Shown here: positions 13,571 to 26,400 of the stretch, in pieces
How the letters are laid out: each line of letters starts with the position of its first letter
Position numbering within the stretch: position 1 is the first letter of the stretch
NCBI RefSeq assembly: GCF_006345805.1
Contig: NC_042999.1
Coordinates: 144,584,001 to 144,648,000, forward strand
Direction: 5' to 3'
DNA from: Octopus sinensis
Lineage: Eukaryota
Length of the DNA: 64,000 nucleotides
Program-made: the position numbers and the translations under genes
Notes under the pieces: model-generated
What the model was told of the DNA's origin: nothing
What the model saw: the letters and a program-made list of their open reading frames with translations, nothing else
The model's database searches: none

Positions 13571-14637
13571 TGGCATAAGGATGTAAGTTGAGCATCTGAA
13601 TTACTGTACTTTATTGATCCACAGCAGAATGGTGAGGTACAGTACTCTACACTTTTAATGAACTCCTTGTGCTTTTATCAACTAACAATGATTTCTTCCT
13701 TAAACTCAGTGCCAATGTTTTAAAGGAGAGGGAGTATAGTGAAATAAATTAATCCTAGTATATTACTGCTACTTATTTTATTGAACATCTTAAGGGTTTC
13801 AGTTCCTAATGTTAAGGAACAGAACTGAATTATATGGCAAAGTATTTAGTCTGACAAACCATTGCACTCAGAATAATGAATATTAATTAACCTGGAGTTG
13901 CATTTGTTTAACATGTGATTTGATCTCAGATCATGTGTTGAAACTAAAGCAATTACAACATTATAGTCATTAACTACACTGTTAGTATTCATTTTTTTAC
14001 CTACTTATTATTTTTGTTGTTGTAGTAGTAGTAGTAGTAGTAGTAACCCTAATACTATGCCTATGTAAAATTACTACTACTACTACTACTATTATTATTA
14101 TTGAGTGAGAGAGTGCATACCATCAAAGTGACACTTGGGTAAAATATATGAAGCCCAGTATACCCATTATGACTACCCATCTGATAAGGGTACACTAGGC
14201 ACATGCATCACAACTATGTGCACAATATGGTGATTTCGTATCAAGATAAACAGTGCATGACCTTGCAGGTGAGGCCCAGTTAGAATTTTTTTCAGTTCGA
14301 GTAACCCGTCCCACTCAAAAGGTCCTTGAATAAGGGTTGTTTAAGGATGTTGAATGAAATACCCATGTTTCCCAAAGGTGAATTATCTAAACCCTACAGA
14401 ATTCCTCTCAACACATGGCTATGATGCTCATGATCAGAGATGCACATATCATCAGCAACTAAGAGACTTGCTCAACTGGTTACAATCAAACAACTGACAA
14501 GCAAATCTGTGGTATTGAGCAGAATATTTGCTGTAGCCCATCTTTTATACCAAGACAAAACAATGTACATGATAACACTTCCGATCAGTTAAGATCAGAA
14601 GCATGAGAACCACTGCCTGGTACTGATACTACTACTT

Positions 14638-14670
<33 letters not shown>

Positions 14671-17429
14671 TTGTGGTTATTATTACATTGGCAACACTGT
14701 GCTTTACATTATGAGTTCAAATCCTGCCATGGCCAACTGCCTTTCATTCTTTCATGCTCAATAAATAAAATACCAGTCAAGTACTGGCATCGACATAATC
14801 AACTGTTTCCATCCTCATAAACATTTTGGCCTTGTGCCTGTTAGACATTATTACTATTATTTGAGAAGTGGATGGAAAAACTAGTGGAGCACTACATTAA
14901 CTACTTTGTAGTGTTTAGTTCATCTCTACAGTCTGAGTTTATATCTTACTGTAGTCAACTTTGCCTTTATCTTTCCAAGATTGATAAAGAAATTACCAGT
15001 CAATCACTAAGTTTGATTTAAATTGTCTGTTTTCTCCTCTCAAAATTTCTCACCTTGTGCCTAAGCTAGAAATTATTATTAAAAATATATGGTTATATCT
15101 CACTTTCACAAGAACAGTGTAATTCTTTGAGGCAAAAATGCCAAATTTAAGAACAAGCATGAAAATTTGATCCTCAAACTTCCATTTTTATCATGCTCTC
15201 AGTGAATGTCTTTTAACAATTTATACTGCTTTATCCAATTTAGTAACAAGCTCTTTGCTAATAGAGCTTGTTATCTGCTAGTTATTCAGATAACATATGG
15301 AATTTCAGGAAGGTTATTAGTATTTGCTGTGAAAAAAAGTGTCAACTGAACAGAAGTTTATGGTTGCTAAGATGTGTGGCAATTGAGAACAAACAATCAA
15401 TATGTTGTGGATATTAGATAAAAGTTTCTATCATTACTGTTATTTATAACAGGAAATATCCTATAGACCCAGTACCATTTGACAAATAGATATGTGATGT
15501 CTGCCATAACTAATTTAAGCAGATCTTCAGTGTTTAATTAGTATTTAGACATGATGAACGTAATAAAATTATTTAGGATATATTATTAATAACTTACATA
15601 TGGTCTTTATTTAAAGATAGCTGGAAATGTGATTTTTTGGGAGAATCAACAGTTACATTGGGATGTATGTAATATGAATATATATGAAATTGAAATATTT
15701 CTTGGAAATAAGTTTGAGATTTGCTAAAGTTTGTTGAAAAAGATTAACAAGGAAGTATATAACTGAGCATAAACAAATTGGCAACTTTAAATAAACACAT
15801 GTTTTATAGTAGATATTTCCTGCACTAAATCTGTTTATATCTGAAGAAAAGAAGAATCTGTTGTTGGCTGTAAATTGTATCATGATCATAACAGCTGGGA
15901 ACGAGAACTCTTGCACAATTTACAAATATTTTTATCACTTAAACATAAAAAGAAACTTCTGGAAATTTTTTTTTTTTAATTTCTAATTTCAAACTGAGAT
16001 TTCTTACTTGGAGTTACAAATGAGAGCTTAGAATTTTGTTTAATCCTTTTTCTGTTTCTTTGTTCAGGTGACCTTAGAGATTTAAGTTCAAGGTGAAATA
16101 ATTATATTTATTTCTTGTGAGAAACTAAAGTATATGTATAATAAGAGCAGGGAGACAAGATAATCTTGCCCTCAGGTTATCTCAACTGTCACCTTCACTT
16201 TACATGAGATTGTACATTGAAATAGATATAGTCACTCAACAATTCATTGGTCTACATTGGCTTCAATCAGATTGAAAATGATAACTTAAAAACTTAAAGT
16301 GAAATATGTCTGTTTTCTTACGATAGCAAAAGAGTACAAATTTGAAGAAAATGCATACAGTTAATTGTTTTGACTCTTAGTATACTGGTACTCATTTTGT
16401 TGACTCTCCAAAGGGATAAAAAAGTAACTTTAGCATGTTTCAAGCTTCACACTGACATCACTAAATATCACAGGATATTTCTGCCATCTCTGGCTGTATA
16501 GTTCATAAGCTCTCTTTGCAACCACATGGTTTCGGGTACTGTTCCACTGCACAGCACCTTGAGCAAGTGTCTTCTACTATAGTCCTGGGCCAACCAATGC
16601 CTTGTGAGTAAATTTGGTAGGTGGAAACTGTGTGGAAGCGCATTGAGCGTGTGAGTGTATGCGTTTGTTTACATCCCCATAACTTGGAAATTTGGTAAAA
16701 GGAGACCAATACCAGACTTAAAAATTATGTACTGGGATCAATTTGTTAAACTCTTCAAGGCAGTGTTCCAGCATGATCACAGTCCAATGACTAAAACAAG
16801 TAAAAGATAAAGATATATGTAGGTATGGTGGAACAAAGAGGTGAAATAGAACACAATACATAAGGGTTTATATATTTTGTTCAGCTATAAAGTGACTCAA
16901 GGACCAAGAGTTTGATGTATTGCACTTATCAAACTTGATATGTGTAATACACAAGACTCTTCAGTCCTTGAGTTACTTATGTAACTTTACAACTGAATTA
17001 TATGTGTACTCATCTCCATGAACACATATGCATAGATACAGCACATTTGAAATAAAATATCATTTCATAAGTGATAATAAGAAAAATTTAAAATTATCTG
17101 AAAAAATTGTCTGTGATAAAAAAAAATATCTGTTAATAAAAATCCTTGTTTCTGGGTTGCAATTTCATTCACTGTTGTAGTATTTTAATAATTTAAACTT
17201 CTGGTGCTTTGTAAAAGTATTTTAAGTGACAGTCCTTATCTATCAGTTACAATTGACAACTGCTCTGATTATCTTTTATAAGCCACATATTTAAATTATG
17301 TATTGTAATTGCCTGCTTATCCTTACACAAAAAAATTGTTATTACCATATTATGTGTGTGTGTGTGTGTGTGTGTAAAGCTAAGATCCAAGGACCAATGT
17401 GTAGGAAATTAGGAGAAGGGGATTCTTTT

Positions 17430-18170
17430 TAAGATTTTAGATAATGCTCCTGGTCACCCACAAAGCATCATAAATTTTGACCCCAACATTACCATCATAT
17501 ACCTCCTTCCGAACACCACATCTCTTCTGCAACCAGTGGATCAGGGAATAATTGCTATCTTCAAGCGTTACTATATGAAACGTATGCTGCAGCAAGCAAC
17601 AGCTGTAACTGGTCTTGATGAGTTCATCACACTGTGACTTTTGGAAGATATACAATATCTACAAAGCTGTACAGAACATAGCAGCGGCATAGAATGATGT
17701 ACAGAGCACATCTATGAGTGGTGTGTGGAAGAAGCTATGCCTGCAATTTATGAATGATTTTAAGGGGGTTTGATAATGTTGCATTCAACAAAACGTTGGT
17801 GATTACAAGCAAAGAACTGGAAATGGACTTGGAAGAGGATTTCACAGATTTATTTGAAAAAGATAAGCTGTCCCTGACAAACAAAGATTTGATAGAGCTT
17901 CATGAGTAGCCAAATAAAGAAGAGGAAGTCAAACCTGAGCTACATCACTTTACTATTAAGAAAATGCAGCAAGCATTTGCATATATTGAAAAAGGTCTTT
18001 CTACATTCGTGGATATGGATCCAAATGCTCAATGCATTTCCAAGATTATAGGGACTTGTCACGAAGCTTTTGCTCCTTATAATGTAATCTTTAAGGAAAA
18101 GAAGACAGTTCGAGGAACTCTCAACCGGTTTTTTAAGCACATCAAACAACAATAACAGCCAGAGTTAGTT
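17430..18170 (+). mobile_element. Degenerate Tigger/pogo DDE transposase, 3' half
   Basis: LDNAPGHPQS...PNTTSLLQPVDQGIIAIFKRYY, GVWKKLC, and a C-terminal AFAYIEKGLSTFVDMDPN...FKEKK resembling Tigger1. Confidence 0.9.
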
Positions 18171-18689
18171 GTTGATGTTGACGATCCACAGCCATCTACA
18201 TCTGCAATGTAAACCACCAAATTGTATGTACACATTGGTAAATTTTAAATCATTTATTTTTTTTACTATTGCAAAATAATAATAATTACTGAATTTGTTT
18301 TTTAGGCTTAAAAAAGGCTATTATTTTACCAGGTCTTATTGCAAACCACATTCATAAATAAAGCGTCTGCAACATACGGTAAACACTGCCAAATTGTATT
18401 CGTAAATTTAGATTACTTTTTTTTACAATACTGTATTAAAAAATAAAATTACTTGTTTGTAAGCTTAAAATAGGTTTTTATTAACCATGTATTATTGAAA
18501 ATGCATTCATAAATAAAGTACAGAACTGGGAATGGTTATTATCGGTTTAACCTAGAGACAAGTTAATTCAACATTAGTTGTGTCTCCTGAAACCAATTAA
18601 CGACATAGGTTGAGGTATGCCTGTATATATTATATATACAACAAAGAATAAAAGAGGTAAGAAGTCCATGTGTTAAAAAAATATATAGT

Positions 18690-19060
18690 GAAGGCAATGA
18701 ACAAAAAGAAAAAGACAACACAAAAGGGATTAGTTTAATGCTTAAAAAGGAAGGGAAATAGTCTTAATGTTTCAGATGCTAGTCCTTCATCAGAAGAAAA
18801 GTAAAAGTGGCATGGGAAAGGAAAAGTGGTTAAGAAGTGAGAGAGGGGAGAAAACAGGGTAGAAGATGAGCAACGTCGGAATATGGGGTGAGTCAAAGAA
18901 GAAGAGACAGGAGTATAACCATGTTTTGAGATGGGTGCTGTGTGTGTGTGATTTTGTGGCAAGTATGGAGGTATAGTGGTGTGATTGCTTGTGCATTAGT
19001 GTGAAAGTAAGGAGGTGGGAGCAGACATGAGTGAGGTAAAATGGATGAAAAGAGAAACTT
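18690..19060 (-). mobile_element. Penelope-like terminal fragment with hammerhead-like core
   Basis: Reverse strand reads tctt-CTGATGA-a-gga ctagca tct-GAAAC-att-aaga, then the tail shared with 19340-19840. Confidence 0.6.
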
Positions 19061-19339
19061 GTTTTAAACACCTTAAAATTTCATGCTTAGACATCTATTG
19101 GTTGCCTTCTAATTTTCATTTATCAGCTCCTCATTATATGGACTTTTTCTTAATTTTTCTCATTATATTCACTCACTCCTCTCCCTAAACTTGCTGGATT
19201 TTTTTTTTACATTTTTTCTCTTTCTTTGTTTTTCTTTCCTTATCCCTTTGATTTATAGACTTTACATTGAATTCTGTCGCATTCCCCCTGCTCCTCTAAG
19301 TACCTCACAGGGCTTTAAAAATGTTTTTCTTTACACCAG

Positions 19340-19840
19340 CACTGTAATTGTACTCTCTTGTTCATAATTTTCTTCCACATTACAGATCTCACACCCATAC
19401 CCCTATTTACACTTCTGCCACCCCCTCTACATTCTTCTTGCCTTCCCTTTTATCTCACACTTATGCCTGCTCCCACCTCCTTCCATACCTTCTTCATACA
19501 CCACTTAACAATTACACATACCAACACTCCCACACACACTAGCCCATGCCACTACTGTACTTGCATACTTCTGCACACTAAAATCTCACACTCCCTTTGT
19601 CCCTTGTGCCCATCTCAAAACAGATGCACTTCTGCATGTGCACACACACAACTACCCCTAATACCTTGTCTCTTCCCCCCCTCTCTCTCTCTAGCTACTT
19701 TTCATCTGATGAAAGACTAGCATCCAAAACGTTAGGCTCTTTCTCTTTTGCTTTTTAAGTGTTAAACTAATACATTATTTGTTAAAACTTGTTTCTCCTG
19801 TGTTGTCTTTTTTTTTTTGTTCATTGCCTTCACTGCGTAT
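19340..19840 (+). mobile_element. Penelope-like terminal fragment, inverted relative to 18690-19060
   Basis: CTGATGA-a-aga ctagca tcc-aaaac-gtt. Shares tgctcccacctcctt, cccatctcaaaaca and tgttcattgccttcact with the left copy. Confidence 0.6.
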
Positions 19841-20390
19841 GTGTGTGTATTGGAAAACAGTATTAACAACCACTAAAATACACTTCAACGATATCACAGT
19901 TACTGAAAATTGTGGGATTGCCTGTCAAGTAGGTGACTTTTTCCAGGAATCTATTTAGACAACTATATATACTCGTTTGTATATAACATCCTACGTGACA
20001 TATGGTATAATTATAAACAGGGCAAATTTTAGCCATTTCTCTGCAGACTGAAAAAATGATGAACAACCTTAATCGATTTTTGAATCTTATTGGGTTTTTA
20101 TCAGAAGTGTCCACAGCATTTTAACAATTTCCAGAGAAACAAGCAGCCAAACTGTTATATACTCAACAAATGCAGCAGTTACTCTATGAAGGAGCCCTTA
20201 ATTTGCATACTAAAAGTGTTTAACACTATAAATACCAGCTGCCTGTCAACAGGATTCTTAGTCCACACAGTATCAAAGTATAATATAATATATAGGTATA
20301 ATTATAAACAGGGAAAAATTTTAGACATTTCTCTGCAGACTGAAAAAAATGAACAACCTTAATTGATTTTCAAACCTTATTGGGCATCCA

Positions 20391-20750
20391 CTAGGAACCC
20401 AACTGCCGTCCATTGGACAGTGTAAGTTCGTGATAGGACTGGAGTCTAAAATAATGTAATTCCATTTCTGTCTGTGATGCTCTGACAACTGCAGTAGAAG
20501 CAGCATTGTGAGCACGCCGAAGTTCTGCTTGTTGAACAGTCTGTGATGCTTTGACAATCAAAGTAGAAGCAACATTGCAAGCACGCCAAAGTTCTGCTTG
20601 TTGAGCTGTCTGTGATGTTCTGGCAGTTGAAGTAGAAGCAGCATTGCAAGCATGCCAGAGCACACCTGTCTTGCTTGCCTGCAAGGAATGCAAAACTGAA
20701 GCATTTTTTGTTTTTCTGCCAATGAGACTTGCTTTTTTGAGGCATCCTAC
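20391..20750 (-). mobile_element. Helitron-like N-terminal coding relic with 69-bp (23-aa) tandem repeats
   Basis: With one frameshift: MP-KKASLIGRKTKNASVLHSLQAS..., then repeats such as AELRRAHNAASTAVVRASQT. Units start at 20472, 20541 and 20610. Confidence 0.55.
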
Positions 20751-21489
20751 TGAAAATCTGTAATTGAATGAAATTTTTAAAAAATCAAATTTACCTCATT
20801 GCTGTTCGCATGCACTAAATATGGTATTTAAACACAAAAATTCCCACAACACTAAAGCGCTCAGTTATTTGCAATGGTATTATAAGCACCAAATGGCACA
20901 TGGATGCAGACAGTTGTGAATGAACATTCACATGTGGACAGAATCTATTTCAAGAAAATCGATATTCTATCAACCAAAAGTGCAATTGTGATAAAATGTA
21001 TATGATTGATGCAAACATCAGTGCACTGACAGGTGGCAGAAGGTAAAAGCTATTCCTAAGAAATATCACACTTGAGTGTGAAATTTAAAGAATGTGCAAA
21101 TCGAAACGGTTTCTAGGACTTCTCTGAAAATGAAAGACACCCAAAACCAGGCTTCCTTTGGGAAAAAAGGATGTTAGCTTTAAAATTACCTTATATTAAT
21201 TTGGAAGTAATGAAAATTCTTTATAAATAAAGTTATTTAAGTCCACGTGACCGGGAAACTTCAATTGGAATAAAAAATTCGGCAATATGCGATGTTGACC
21301 AATAAAGTAGCAAACCTTGTGGATGAATAAGCTACCAGAACCAGCCAAATAGTACTTTTTCTAGAAGGTAGCCGATGAATTTGATCTGTAAAATTTGTAA
21401 AAATGATAAGAAGATATTGGCTGGTCCAGGTTTCTGTGAAGCTTGAAGACTGTGCCCTTCTTCAATTCAAAGTTCTGTGGTGGCACACT

Positions 21490-21625
21490 GGACAGTTCTA
21501 GCTGTAGAAACTCTGCCAGATCAGATTGGAGCCTGGCGCAGCTATCTGGTTCGCCAGTCCTCAGTCAAATCGTCCAACCCATGCTAGCATGGAAAGCGGA
21601 CGTTAAATGATGATGATGATGATTA
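21490..21625 (+). mobile_element. RTE/SINE 3'-terminal fragment with (GAT)n tail
   Basis: cgtccaacccatgctagcatggaaagcggacgttaaatgatgatgat closely matches the 3' end of the intact RTE at ~38280-38339. Confidence 0.85.
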
Positions 21626-21879
21626 ATATTCATAGTTCTGCCATTGCTTACAGCAGTGAATTATAGTAACCATTGCATTTATTTAGTGTAATGAAAATTA
21701 AGTATCTTAGTTACAGTTACAAAGCAGTGCAAAGTGCAAATTCCTTGGCTAGTTGCCTGTTTACCTATCAACTCAGTCATCCAAAAGGCTAAATATAATT
21801 TAATTAATGAACATGAAAAATACTGATAAGCGCTTCATTTAAAAAACCCATAACTACCTCACCAACGAAACAAAGAAAA

Positions 21880-22340
21880 GGGGTAGATTAGGCACCAGAA
21901 GAAGGGGTGGGAGGGAGAAGTAGGTTGTACACCGCAGAACACATGATGTGTTTAGCCATGTCTTATAGATATGATTGCAAAGGTGTCGTTGCAGAGAATG
22001 TCCAGCAACATTCATTGATGCAGCCATTCCACCTTGCAGGGTTTATTTCTCAGATGGACCACAATTATCCAGATTTTGTAAAGGTCTTAATGGCATCTAG
22101 CACAAACTGACTGTGGCCAATCAGGCTCTTGTATTTGATAATTTTTCTCTCCTCTGTGTTATGGCTAGCATATCTACATTTTCAGCCATTTTGGCAAGAT
22201 TGGAGCTGGAGAGTGCGTTGTAACACGACTTGTCCTAGATTAGGAATCTGCCTCCCTCGTATGGGAAGAGAGTTATTCCATCAGGACACATACCATCCCT
22301 GCAGTCAAGATCTACAATCTCCAGTAGCGACAGGAAATTA
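21880..22340 (-). mobile_element. Degenerate CRE-clade retrotransposon, restriction-like endonuclease region
   Basis: Reverse strand reads PDGITLFPYEGGRFLI*D..., K..KYKSL....F...AIKTF, EWLHQ...; this is the PD-(D/E)xK layout also seen at 58480-58830. Confidence 0.65.
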
Positions 22341-23989
22341 ACTGTATTAAGTCAGTATTAATGTCAGTTAAAACAAAACTTTGATCAAGCTTTAAAACAA
22401 AATTTTACTCTACATCTACTTGAGTAGCATTCATAACTGTTGCTTTCCATATTAAAAAATTATGGCTTTTTATTACTGCTCCTATTTTTCTATTTCTCCT
22501 TTAATGCTTCATAAACCTCAGATATAATAAAAGTCAGGCGTCATTTGTTATCAACTGTGCATAATATCCCACAGTTGTGCCAGTACTGACTGTACATCTG
22601 TGATTGATAAAGTCGACTTTAAATAAATCCCTGATGCAAAAAAATATATTTATAAGGATAGTATTTTTGCTTGAGTGTAACGAAGTTTTTAATCAGATTT
22701 GAATTTCTTCAAAATTTTTAAAAAGTTAAGGGAGATAACTGCAATAACCGCGTGCAATGATTATCTCCCTTCCTCTAATAACTGCCGTCAAGAAAGAAAT
22801 GTTGGAAAATATAAACTGAAAAAGCGAAAGAAAAACAGATACGAGTAATAGTAACACAGGAAAATGTTCTAAATGGTACTTTTAGTTTTGCATTCCTTTA
22901 CATTTATTAACATATTAAAGAGACTAAGAAAATAAACTTCGAAAGACGACGTCTTTCCTAATAACTCTTCGCATCCATTCAGGATATTTTTCTGTTGTTG
23001 CTCATACATGTTTCTACGCTTTAAAAAAGATCCTAGATCAGGAAGTTAGTTGGAACACCTTGGAAAGAGAAATCATATTATTTTGTATTAAAAACATTCA
23101 TACTTGCTTTATATTACATTGTAGCTGAACATTGCTCAGAATGAATACACATCAATTTTTTTTTTATTAAACACATTTACTTAGTACACTTATATTTGCT
23201 TGCTCAATGGGTACATTTATACCACCTCGCCTCTGCAGAAAGGATACCACTCAAAAGCAGCACCATCGTATTAGGAACAAATATACGGTCACGCTCTCGA
23301 AACAACCGACGCAACACCCTTCACTTCAAGATTAAATTCAAGAAAACCTTTCTATAAATTTATGAATTTGTCTTGAAAGATTCAGAAATTTTTAATACTA
23401 GGAAGAAATGAATCTTTAAAAAACGACAGGAAAAAACACTCTCCAAATGGTAGGGATCTAGTTGAGGACCTCACTGAATCAGTACTTGGTTTCTAGAAAG
23501 CCGGATGCGGTCAGAACAATTGTTAACTTTCCTCGATGAGGATATCGTGAATCCCCGACATATCAGGTATTCACATGAGACAGATCCCCTTGTATTGCAC
23601 AGTAGGGCCTTTTTTTTTATTTTGGTGGGATAGGAAACAATCCATTTAACTGGCGAGACATCCGTCTATAATTGAATTTGAATACTTGAGAGAGAGAGAG
23701 AGAGAGAACGTAACAGTAACAGATAAAGGGGGGATAACCATTCTACCACTGCAGTTTCAATTATGTCTCTTGAATCACCACTTCACTTTCACCGCAACAT
23801 AATGATACTCTTTCAAAAGTCTTCACCAGATGGATAGGTACAGGGGCCTGTTCTGAGTTAAGAATTTCTCCTGTAGTTGTCTCACTTGGGAGAAAGTATT
23901 AGCAGTACCCTACCATGGCATAAATTTAAGATACATATAATCTAAGGTAATTTTATTTTTTTCCAACCAAGAAGGCTAAAACTCTGTCA

Positions 23990-25110
23990 CTTTCATAACT
24001 TGGCCTCTGTGGTAGCTTGTTTTTTGAGTATCTCCTCTGACCTCAAAGCAGCTGATTCTGCAACACCTATAATTAGGTATGACATGGCCCTGTTTTACCT
24101 GAATTATGATGCAAGTAACCAGTACAAGCATTATTTGCAAGTTATTTTTAGCATTTCAGTAACTATCATCATTGACCCAGCTGCTTTCCCTGCCTTCATA
24201 TCCTTAATCACATTTTCAACTGTACAACCATTATCCTCTGTAAAATTAATTTGGTGTAAATTATTTTCGCCACATCTCATTCAGTAACTTCATGTAGTAA
24301 CATTTACAAGCCTCTTTCCTTTTCTACTTTAGGCACAAGGCCTGAAATTTTGGGGGAGGGGGCCAGTCAATTAGATCGGCTCCAGTACGCAACAGGTACT
24401 TAATTTATCGACCCTGAAAGGATTAAAGGCAAAGTCGACCTCAGGGAAATTTGAACTAAAAACATAAAGACAGACGAAATACCCCTAAGCCTTTTGCTCA
24501 GCACGCTAACAATTGCCAGCTTGCTGCCTTTCACAAACCTCTTTCTGTTCTACATCAGTGATGGTATGTGTGCCACTGTCACTCTCAGCGACGTCTTGAT
24601 TCACATTCACACACTGTTTTGCAATCTGAAACATTATATGCTTCTATCCACTCATAGCAGAACATTGACAAAGGTCTCTTAGCTTGTCTCTGTGCTACAT
24701 TTGCTTGATGTCTATCTTTTCTTATAGCTAAATGATACTATTCCCTGTTTCACCTTTCTTCCAAGTCTTTCAACTCATGTCACCTATCTGAACTGTACAT
24801 TGCTCCATCCACACTTCTAGTCTGTAGCTCATAACAGGTTGTCTTTTACAAGCTCTCACCATGATTATTGTGTCTCTGTACATTGCTGAAAAGCCAATTA
24901 TCAAACCCTAACTTCCTTAATGATCACTGAATCATTTCAAGTAGAACCCTCTCAAAGGCCTTCTCTAGGTTAACAAATGCCAGCTATAAGGGCTCATTCC
25001 TGGTTAGGTACTTCTCCTGTGCTTATCTAAATGGGAAGATAGCATCAATAGTACTTTTATCTGGCACAAAGCCGAACTGCTTCTTATCTAAGTTCATTAT
25101 CTTCCTAATC
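23990..25110 (-). mobile_element. Degenerate RTE LINE fragments interrupted by a SINE
   Basis: VIKDMKAGKAAG at ~24200 and QFGFVPDKSTIDAIF / AFVNLEKAFERV at ~24950-25090. Confidence 0.75.
24325..24530 (-). mobile_element. tRNA-derived SINE
   Basis: Reverse strand has a B-box-like gttcaaatt and central gtcgactttgcctttaatcctttcagggtcgataaattaagtacc. The family recurs at 11375, 27525, 50350 and 62745. Confidence 0.8.
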
Positions 25111-25959
25111 AATTGATGTGTGTGTGTGTGTGTGATATGCAGGTGTGGTTAAATTGTTAAGAAATTCACAATCAAGTACCATGGGTTTGATTCCACTGCT
25201 CAACTGATGGGTTAAATCCTCTACAAAGGTTTTGGTTGGCTTAAGCAGTGAATGAAACTGGGTTGATTGCAACTGTGCAGAAGTGTATGAGATAAATCAA
25301 AGAAGCCAGCCCTTCCTGTGATGCAGTATGAAACTGATTTCTGCGAGCAGATTATATTAAAGATACATGTGTCTGTAAAATACACAACCACGTACACCAT
25401 AATATACTGAGTAGATAATTCCATTCATTGAACAATGAACATCATCAAAATTAACACATCATTCCTCATCACTATATGTGTCAGAGAGAGAGAGAGAGAG
25501 GGAGGAAGAGAAATATATTAATAATATGAAATCAATATGTAACCTTCCTATTCAAACTTCTAAAGAAAAGGTCTTGCAGCTGATCAAATCAATAGAATTC
25601 TGTTGGATAACTGGAAAGTCTTGTTTAAAACAATTCTATTACCACCAAAGCAAAGAAACTATTTCCCATGGTATAAATAGATGACTATAATGACTGCATT
25701 TGACTAATTATTATCCAATAAGTAGAGCAGCAGTCAACATTAAATAAATGTTTAGAAGCTGCCTTACATATGAGGATATCTGGTACTGACATTTATAGAT
25801 ATGAATTTCCAATGTCTAACAAAGTTGGTTAAGAGATGAAAACCTCATGAATATCCTAGATGCATAAAGTATTTATTTTTTTTTTTTTATGTGATTAGAT
25901 ATCTAAAGTCTTTTCTAGACAAAGTGGTTCAGAAACATGCAGTTTCCTATCATCTTTCT

Positions 25960-26011
<52 letters not shown>

Positions 26012-26039
26012 ACTCACTCTAATTCTTGTTTACTGGCTT

Positions 26040-26400
26040 GATCTGAACGAACAGGCTGAGCCTATAGCTTTTGCAGATTTTCTGAGACTGGTGAAATCAA
26101 CTCCATTAACATTCATCTTGATGAGGTGTGATTCAACAGCTGCAGTGGAAACTTGTGCAAGGACAGTTCCTGAAAGCCAGTGTTCTGAGAAGGAAGAACC
26201 AGGCTTAAAGGTTAGTGTAGAGCTGTGTTTGGTGGACACATTGTGGGTGATGAGAAGGGGAGAGATGAATCAAAAGTGTATGAGTAGAAGTGGCAGAAGA
26301 CCGGACAGCTCCTCAGAGGAGAGGCCAGAAAGATGAGACAATACATCTGGAATATGTTGGAGAATGACTTCATGACAATCAGTCAAGTGGATGTGATCTA
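26040..26400 (+). mobile_element. Probable old LINE ORF2 C-terminal relic
   Basis: FGGHIVGDEKGRDESKVYE*KWQKTGQLLRGEARK resembles the WFGHxxRM...RGRPRK tail of RTE-like proteins. Confidence 0.4.

Noticed and set aside
15653-15916. 87-aa hydrophobic ORF as a membrane-protein exon
   Set aside because: No family motif, composition expected from AT-rich DNA, and no consistent splice chain with nearby donor-like sites.
20950-21320. Possible GIY-YIG/Penelope coding relic
   Set aside because: Only faint motif resemblance, needing frameshifts, with the motifs in the wrong order.
26030-26336. Overlapping 69-aa and 81-aa ORFs as host exons
   Set aside because: No recognisable protein; another frame resembles a LINE C-terminus with stops.
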